Below are positions 24,107 through 32,000 of a stretch of 32,000 nt of DNA, piece after piece. Under the pieces are notes generated by a model that was not told the origin of the DNA, did no database searches, and saw nothing but the letters and a program-made list of their open reading frames with translations. A program made the translations under genes and the position numbers. The stretch lies in NCBI RefSeq assembly GCF_008065095.1, contig NZ_CP042911.1:2670001-2702000 (forward strand). Direction: 5' to 3'. This DNA comes from Gemmata obscuriglobus. GTDB lineage: Bacteria > Planctomycetota > Planctomycetia > Gemmatales > Gemmataceae. Within the stretch, counting starts at the first letter, position 1; every line of letters begins with the position of its first letter.

Positions 24107-25035
24107 TGGACTTCGACGCCCGCGGCACCACCTACATCGTCGAGATGGCGAAGGGCGAGCGGCTTCGCGCCGTCACAGGTGGGAAGCTGGTGACGCTCGC
24201 CGGAACCGAGGGCAAGAAGGGCGATCAGGGCGACGGCGGCCCGGCCGCGCAAGCCACCTTCAACGGGATGCATTCGCTGGCCGTTGGCCCCGGCGGCACG
24301 GTCTACCTCGCCGACACCTGGAACAACCGCGTCCGCGTGTTCGACCCGGAAGCCGGCACCGTGAAGGCGTTCGCCGGCACCGGAACGAAGGGCTTTTCCG
24401 GCGACGGCGGCCCCGCGAAGGACGCCAAGTTCGGGGGCGTGTTTTGCGTCGCCTTCGACCCGGCGCAGAAGAACCTCTACGTTACGGACCTCGACAACCG
24501 CCGCATCCGCAAAATCGACATGAAGACGCAGACCGTCACCACGGCCGCGGGGAACGGCGAGAAGGGCGTGCCGAAGGACGGCGAGAACGCGCGGACGCAA
24601 CCGCTGGTCGATCCGCGGGCGCACGCGGTGGATAAGGACGGCAACCTGTGGGTGCTCGAACGCGGCGGCCACGCGCTTCGCGTGGTGGACCCGAAGGGGA
24701 CGATTCGCACCGTCGCCGGGACCGGGAAGGCCGGCCGCGGCACGGGTAAGGCGCTCGAGGCCGCCATGAACGGCCCCAAGCACCTCTGCGTCGATAAAGA
24801 CGGAACGGTCCTGATTGCCGACACCGAGAACCACCGGGTCGTGCGGTTCGATCCGAAGGCGGGCACCCTCACCGCCGTGGCCGGAACCGGTAAGAAGGGT
24901 AACAGCCTGGGCGGCGGCGACCCGCTGAAGGCCGAGTTCAACCAGCCGCACGGCGTGACCGTTCACCCGAAAACCGGCGACATCTACATTTCCGACGCGA
25001 ACAACGGCCGCGTGCTCAAAATCACCCGCGAGTAG
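23959..25035 (+). CDS. Secreted NHL-repeat beta-propeller protein, 358 aa
   Basis: GTG lies 7 nt after GGAGG. Signal peptide, then six units of ..G.GG.A..A.fngP..l.vd..G.vyiaD..NhRVr.fd. Confidence 0.85.
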   Translation: MPYPRALAPLLVLLSASTAWADTITLVAGGGNGPDGAEANTAKLLQPFGVDFDARGTTYIVEMAKGERLRAVTGGKLVTLAGTEGKKGDQGDGGPAAQATFNGMHSLAVGPGGTVYLADTWNNRVRVFDPEAGTVKAFAGTGTKGFSGDGGPAKDAKFGGVFCVAFDPAQKNLYVTDLDNRRIRKIDMKTQTVTTAAGNGEKGVPKDGENARTQPLVDPRAHAVDKDGNLWVLERGGHALRVVDPKGTIRTVAGTGKAGRGTGKALEAAMNGPKHLCVDKDGTVLIADTENHRVVRFDPKAGTLTAVAGTGKKGNSLGGGDPLKAEFNQPHGVTVHPKTGDIYISDANNGRVLKITRE

Positions 25036-25068
25036 AGCCCGCGGCGCCCCTCCGGACCGAGGTTGCCA

Positions 25069-25911
25069 ATGACACGCATTTACCTGCTCCTCCTCGCGGT
25101 CGGGTTGGCCGCGGTGCCATCTGCCGCGCAACCGCTCAAGCCCCTCGCGAACCGCAACGTGCGGTTCGGGATGCCGGGCGAGGCGAAGGCCGACCCCGAC
25201 AACAAAGAGGCGTACCTGATCGAGCGCCCGCAGTACGTGCTCTCCTACAACGACAAGCGCAAGACCGCCAACTGGGCCTGCTGGCAGCTCGCGAAGAAGG
25301 ACATCGGCAAGGTCGCCCGCGGGGCGTTCGCGCCGGACAAGGGGCTGCCGAAGGATTTCGCCGCGATCGGGTCCGGCGTCTACACCGGCAGCGGCTTCGA
25401 CCGCGGCCACTTGGTCCCGTCGAAGGACCGCTCGGACACCGAGGCGGACAACGACGCCGTGTTCGTGATGACCAACGTCGTGCCGCAGTCGCCCAAGTGC
25501 AACCAGGGCGCGTGGGAGAAGTTCGAGCGGTACTGCCGCGAACTCGCCGAGGACGGTAAGGAGTTGTACATTGCCGCCGGTCCGTATGGGCTCGGCGGCA
25601 CGGCCGGCGACGGCACCAGGAAGATCACCATCGGCAAGCACGCTCCGTTCGTCACCGTCCCCGCGAGCGTGTGGAAGGTGGTGCTGGTGCTCGACCGCGG
25701 CACCAACCCGAACCGGCACAGCCGCGCCATCGCGATATGGATGCCCAACGACGGCACGGTCGATGAATACGACTGGGCCAAGTACCGCGTTCCCGTGGCC
25801 GAAGTCGAGAAGAAAACGAAACTGAAGTTCTTCCCGCTGGTCACCGAAGAAGTCGCGGCGGCGCTCAAAGAGAAGGCGGACGCGGTCCGGGTCGCGCCAC
25901 ACAAAAAGTAA
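25069..25911 (+). CDS. Secreted DNA/RNA non-specific endonuclease (NucA/Serratia-nuclease family)
   Basis: Signal peptide MTRIYLLLLAVGLAAVPSAAQ. Active-site block GSGFDRGHLVPS, followed by TNVVPQSPKCNQG (beta-beta-alpha-Me finger, DRGH plus Asn). Confidence 0.85.
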   Translation: MTRIYLLLLAVGLAAVPSAAQPLKPLANRNVRFGMPGEAKADPDNKEAYLIERPQYVLSYNDKRKTANWACWQLAKKDIGKVARGAFAPDKGLPKDFAAIGSGVYTGSGFDRGHLVPSKDRSDTEADNDAVFVMTNVVPQSPKCNQGAWEKFERYCRELAEDGKELYIAAGPYGLGGTAGDGTRKITIGKHAPFVTVPASVWKVVLVLDRGTNPNRHSRAIAIWMPNDGTVDEYDWAKYRVPVAEVEKKTKLKFFPLVTEEVAAALKEKADAVRVAPHKK

Positions 25912-25922
25912 CGAGGCGAAGA

Positions 25923-26297
25923 ATGGCGAAGCAAGACCCCGTGCTGAAGGAACTCCGGTCGGCCGCCAAGGGGCTCCTGTTCCCGAGCGAGACGGACGCG
26001 CCGCTGGAGGCGTTCGCGTGGCCCGGCGGCGACGGCCCGCCCGACGAGGCCGCCGTTCGTGCGAACGCTAAAGTTGATGCCGAGGTGCCGGTCGAGCGGC
26101 TCACGCTGGCGGACCTCACCCGCACCATCCCCGACGAGGGGCGCGGCCCGTTCCTGCCGCTGTTCGCGGTGCTGGCCCACCACCTGAGCGGCGCCGCGGT
26201 GTTCAAGGTCGGCGAAACCGAGATCGACGTGTACATCGTGGGCCGCACCACCGACGGCCGGTACGCGGGCGTGAAGACCAAGGTCGTGGAGACGTGA
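25923..26297 (+). CDS. Nuclease A inhibitor (NuiA)-like protein, 124 aa
   Basis: GLLFPSETDAPLEAFAW resembles the NuiA-family SE(S/T)D.P(F/L)E..W block. It is small, acidic, has no signal peptide, and sits 11 nt after nuclease 1 and 17 nt before nuclease 2. Confidence 0.65.
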   Translation: MAKQDPVLKELRSAAKGLLFPSETDAPLEAFAWPGGDGPPDEAAVRANAKVDAEVPVERLTLADLTRTIPDEGRGPFLPLFAVLAHHLSGAAVFKVGETEIDVYIVGRTTDGRYAGVKTKVVET

Positions 26298-26314
26298 GTC
26301 GCGGGAGCTGAGGA

Positions 26315-27187
26315 ATGGCCTCGAAGAACTTTCTGGATACCCTGACGCCGACCCAACGGATCGTGGCCGGCGTGCTGATCCTCATCATCGGCGGCATCGC
26401 CGCGCTCCTGCGGATTCAGCAGGAGAAGCACGCGCCGCCGGGCGGGCCGACCGGCGACAACCGCAACGTGCGGTTCGGGACGCCGGCGCCGGCCGAACGC
26501 GACCCGAACAGCCGGGACGCGTACCTCATCGAACGGCCGCAGTACACGCTGTCCTACAACGACACGAAGCGGACCGCGAACTGGGTGTGCTGGAACCTGA
26601 CGAAAGGCGACATCGGCAACACCCCGCGGCTGTCGCACTTCGATCCCGATCCCGAGTTGCCGGGCTCGTTCCGCAAGGTGAAGCACGACGACTACACCGG
26701 CAGCGGGTTCGACCGCGGCCACCTGTGCCCCTCGAAGGACCGCACCGACAGCGCGGACAACAACGCGGCCACGTTCTACACGACCAACATCGTCCCCCAG
26801 TCGCCGGCGTGCAACCGGGGCGGGTGGGAGCGGTTCGAGTCACACTGCCGCGACCTCACCCGGGACGGCAGCGAACTGCACATCGCGGCCGGCCCGCACG
26901 GCACCGGCGGCACCGGCGAGAAAGGCCCGCACGACACCATCGGGGGCGCGAAGGTGAACGTGCCGAGCGCGACCTGGAAGGTGGTGCTGGTGGTCCCGGC
27001 CGGAAACGCCCGCCCCGGCCCCGATAGCAAAATGCTGGCGGTCTGGATGCCCAACGACCAGAGCGTCCCGGAGGCGTGGAAGCCGTATCAGGTGTCCGTG
27101 GCGACGGTCGAGCAGCGCACCGGTTACAAGTTCTTCCCGCTCGTCCCCGATGATGTCGCGGCGCCGCTGAAGGCCCGCGAGCCGTAG
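26315..27187 (+). CDS. Membrane-anchored DNA/RNA non-specific endonuclease (paralog of 25069..25911)
   Basis: N-terminal TM segment RIVAGVLILIIGGIAALL rather than a cleavable signal. GSGFDRGHLCPS and TNIVPQSPACNRG are present. Collinear with nuclease 1 throughout. Confidence 0.85.
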   Translation: MASKNFLDTLTPTQRIVAGVLILIIGGIAALLRIQQEKHAPPGGPTGDNRNVRFGTPAPAERDPNSRDAYLIERPQYTLSYNDTKRTANWVCWNLTKGDIGNTPRLSHFDPDPELPGSFRKVKHDDYTGSGFDRGHLCPSKDRTDSADNNAATFYTTNIVPQSPACNRGGWERFESHCRDLTRDGSELHIAAGPHGTGGTGEKGPHDTIGGAKVNVPSATWKVVLVVPAGNARPGPDSKMLAVWMPNDQSVPEAWKPYQVSVATVEQRTGYKFFPLVPDDVAAPLKAREP

Positions 27188-27196
27188 CGCCCGCGG

Positions 27197-27670
27197 TCAC
27201 CACGCCTCGTCGGTCGGGGGCGGCGCGTACGCCCCCGGCTTCAGCCGCTCCGCGTACCGCGAGATCTGGCGCCAGTACAGGATCGCGTACACGAACGCGA
27301 TGGGGTACGTGATGAACGCCGGGTAGAACAGCACGCCGCTCGCCAGCAGCGTGAGCAGGGTGAGCCCCCGGGTGCGCCCGTAGGTCTCGCGGCGGCTGTG
27401 CATCTGGCGGGCCAGGAACTCGTTCCGCAGCGACTCGGCGACCCGCTCCACGGTCACCGTACACCAGACCAAGTTGAAGATCGGGATCAGGTTCAGCCAC
27501 ACCTGCCCCGGCGACATGCGGCGGTTCTCCGGCTCCACCCGGAGCAGCGCCTTCTGAAGCGCCGACAAGAACCCGGCCGCCAAAACGATCGCCAGCACGA
27601 CCGAGGTGACGAAGCACCCGAGCCCGCACAGCACTTCGAAGAAATCGCTATCGAACATGGGCGGGCTCAC
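27197..27670 (-). CDS. Integral membrane protein, 157 aa (DUF4328-like? paralog of 28760..29371)
   Basis: Shared block VWLNLIPIFNLVW...V.E.LR.E with the paralog. Three to four TM segments. Confidence 0.65.
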   Translation of the reverse strand: MSPPMFDSDFFEVLCGLGCFVTSVVLAIVLAAGFLSALQKALLRVEPENRRMSPGQVWLNLIPIFNLVWCTVTVERVAESLRNEFLARQMHSRRETYGRTRGLTLLTLLASGVLFYPAFITYPIAFVYAILYWRQISRYAERLKPGAYAPPPTDEAW

Positions 27671-27685
27671 CTGAGCGAACGGGGG

Positions 27686-28678
27686 TCAGCGCCGCGGGCG
27701 GTCCCACGGTTTGCGGTCGTCGTCATCGTAATCATCACGGTCCCGGCGCCGCGGGCGGTCATCCCCGTCGTCGTACTCGTCATCACGGGCGCGGCGCCGC
27801 GGCCGGTCGTAATCCTCGTCCTCGTAATTCTCGTCGTCGTAATCCTCGTCGTCGCTGTAGTCCTCGTCGTCGTAGTCGCTCCGCCGGCGGCGGACGTACG
27901 TCCGGAGTGCCGAAGACATGCCGACCAGCAGCATCACGTAAAAGATGCTCCCGACGAGGGCGATGAGTAAGGCGAGCATGCTCAGCAGCCCGCCGACGAT
28001 CACGGCGACCGCCATCGGCCCCGCGGGGGGGGCACCGCCCCCGCCCCCGGCGCCCCCCGGCCCCCCGCCGGCCATCATGGCCCCCATCCCGGCGAAGATG
28101 GTCACGATGGCGATGAGGTAACACACGGCCGCAGCCACGCCCAGCCACATGACCAGCATCGCCCGCGAGGCCAGAGCCGAGGAGCGGATGAATTTGGCCA
28201 GCGACCGCGTGAACAGCAGGAACAGGATCGTCGCGAGCAGTCCGCCCAGTAACGTGACCCCGGAGAGCACAAGCTTCGCTGCCGGGGGCAAAAAGTTGCC
28301 CCCGACGTTGTCCGCGATGCTGAACAGGTTGGCGCCGACGCTGCCGAGTTCCATCACCACAGCGATGGTGATGAGCGACTTTGCCGACGCTGCCTGCGGC
28401 GGCACCGCGAGACACATCACCCGGCCGATCAGCCCGAGTACGGCCCCGAGCAGCCACAGGCCGGCGAAAATCACCATCAGGATCATCATCCCGCCGAACG
28501 CGGCCATCGGCGCGCCGGGTGGGCCGTTCCCCCTGCCGCCGGGGCCGGCGGCGGCGGCCCCGGCCATGCCGACGAGGCACGCCCCCACGAACAGAACCGC
28601 GACGGACACTATTGTGATAATCATACCGTACAAGATCAGCTTGAAGCCGGTCGCCACTCGGAGCAGTGCGTCGTTCAT
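27686..28678 (-). CDS. Polytopic membrane protein, 330 aa, with poly-Gly/Ala/Pro loops and an Asp/Tyr/Glu/Arg-rich tail
   Basis: About 8 hydrophobic segments. Loops include AAAAGPGGRGNGPPGAP and GGGPGGAGGGGGAPPAGP. The C-terminal 80 aa or so is ...YDDEDYSDDEDYDDENYEDEDYDRPRRRARDDEYDDGDDRPRRRDRDDYDDDDRKPWDRPRR. Confidence 0.65.
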   Translation of the reverse strand: MNDALLRVATGFKLILYGMIITIVSVAVLFVGACLVGMAGAAAAGPGGRGNGPPGAPMAAFGGMMILMVIFAGLWLLGAVLGLIGRVMCLAVPPQAASAKSLITIAVVMELGSVGANLFSIADNVGGNFLPPAAKLVLSGVTLLGGLLATILFLLFTRSLAKFIRSSALASRAMLVMWLGVAAAVCYLIAIVTIFAGMGAMMAGGGPGGAGGGGGAPPAGPMAVAVIVGGLLSMLALLIALVGSIFYVMLLVGMSSALRTYVRRRRSDYDDEDYSDDEDYDDENYEDEDYDRPRRRARDDEYDDGDDRPRRRDRDDYDDDDRKPWDRPRR

Positions 28679-28759
28679 CGGGCTCTCGCTTCAAATTGGG
28701 GTGCCGGCCCGCTCGGAACGTGCCGGGCACAGGTGGTTTTACTCGTCGACGAGAGCCGG

Positions 28760-29371
28760 TCACCACCGGTTCCCGGGCGGGTGCCGGCCGTCGTCGTCTT
28801 CGTTGTCGTCCTCATCGACGTTCCGTCTCCGGGGCGACCGGCCGCGGCCGTTCCGCCCGTCGTCGTAATCGTCGTCGTAATCGTCGCTCGCGTCGGTGTC
28901 GTAATCGTCGTCCCGGTAGCGTAACTCCAGCCGGCGGCTCAAATTCGAGACCTTCACCCAGTACAGAATCCAGCACACGAGCCCGCCCACGAACGCGGGC
29001 AGCCCGCAGTAGCCCAACACGAGGCTGAGCGCGCCCAGCGCGCTGGCCACGATGCCAAGGGTCTGCCCGTAGTCCTCGCCGCGCCGGTGCCACCCCCGCT
29101 CCCGGTGCTCGTCCCTGAGCGTCTCGGTCACGCGAATGATGGTGATAAAAATCCACACGAGGTTGAAGAACGGGATCAGGTTCAGCCACACCATCGCCGG
29201 CTCCATCGTCCGGTTAAGGGGGTGGCACTGAGCGAGCGCCCGCGAGAGGGTCAAAAGGTAGAAGATGCTGGCGACGAACAGCAGCAGGTAGAAGCCGCAC
29301 ACGCCCGCGATGACGGCCACCACAATCGCGTCCGGGCCGTTGTTTTGCGCGAGCAAGGTCGGGGGCGACAT
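28760..29371 (-). CDS. Integral membrane protein, 203 aa, paralog of 27197..27670 with an added Asp/Tyr/Arg-rich tail
   Basis: MSPPTLL... start, 7 nt after GAGGA. Contains VWLNLIPFFNLVW...VTETLRDE. The tail is RDDDYDTDASDDYDDDYDDGRNGRGRSPRRRNVDEDDNEDDDGR. The track start at 29401 would abut the acnA terminator. Confidence 0.65.
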   Translation of the reverse strand: MSPPTLLAQNNGPDAIVVAVIAGVCGFYLLLFVASIFYLLTLSRALAQCHPLNRTMEPAMVWLNLIPFFNLVWIFITIIRVTETLRDEHRERGWHRRGEDYGQTLGIVASALGALSLVLGYCGLPAFVGGLVCWILYWVKVSNLSRRLELRYRDDDYDTDASDDYDDDYDDGRNGRGRSPRRRNVDEDDNEDDDGRHPPGNRW

Positions 29372-29406
29372 CACCGCATCCTCTTGAACCGTCGGGTACA
29401 AAGAAA

Positions 29407-29426
29407 GCGGCCCCGAACGGGGCCGC
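29407..29426 (-). terminator. Rho-independent terminator of acnA
   Basis: GCGGCCCC-gaac-GGGGCCGC lies 12 nt after the acnA stop. On the minus strand it is followed by TTTCTTTG. Confidence 0.6.
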
Positions 29427-29438
29427 TCAGCGTTCGCG

Positions 29439-32000
<2,562 letters not shown>

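Noticed and set aside
24007-25902. 631-aa minus-strand ORF
   Set aside because: It is an antisense shadow of the NHL gene and nuclease 1, with low-complexity Arg/Gly/Val/Ala composition. Both sense-strand genes have clear family motifs.
27700-28930. GTCGTC/ATCGTC triplet-rich runs resembling microsatellites
   Set aside because: They are in frame within two minus-strand genes and encode the Asp/Tyr/Glu-rich tails. This is coding low complexity, not a non-coding repeat.

Overview
High-G+C bacterial chromosomal window: most hand-counted 60-nt lines are 65-70% G+C, but several segments drop to 47-58%. The gene content looks planctomycete, probably Gemmata-like. It includes a prepilin-type/DUF1559 protein, TIGR02996-like and TIGR03066-like paralog families, and secreted LRR, NHL and BNR proteins. 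No tools were run; every family name comes from reading motifs by eye.

(1) 1-~7080: eight co-oriented (+) ORFs, most of them small. Each has its own Shine-Dalgarno sequence. They are separated by a 78-112 bp imperfect-palindrome repeat bounded by GCCGAAC...GTTCGGC. I read this as an integron-type gene-cassette array with attC-like sites. No integrase lies in the window; it would be expected upstream of position 1, or the array could be an attC cluster without an integrase.

(2) 7.3-19.4 kb: ordinary genes. These are a sugar-phosphate isomerase-like gene, a PAL/NHL-like propeller, a sialidase, ltaE, two TIGR03066-like lipoprotein-like genes and a Na+/H+ antiporter. An IS701/IS4-like element sits in a TIGR02996/LRR gene, and the target gene can be rebuilt exactly across a 5-bp duplication.

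(3) 19.3-24.1 kb: two 361-bp direct repeats (about 97% identical) flank a 4.08-kb insert with mixed base composition. Each repeat carries the antiporter 5' end, the divergent promoter region and the NHL gene 5' end. The insert holds a beta-helix-like secreted-protein gene split by an ISAs1-family IS (21-bp inverted repeats, 10-bp duplication) and a low-G+C downstream gene.

(4) 25-29.4 kb: a nuclease / NuiA-like inhibitor / nuclease triad. It is followed by three minus-strand membrane-protein genes; two are paralogs and two carry Asp/Tyr/Arg-rich tails.

(5) acnA, truncated by the window end.

Many long ORFs in the six-frame track are antisense or off-frame shadows typical of high-G+C DNA and are not reported as genes.
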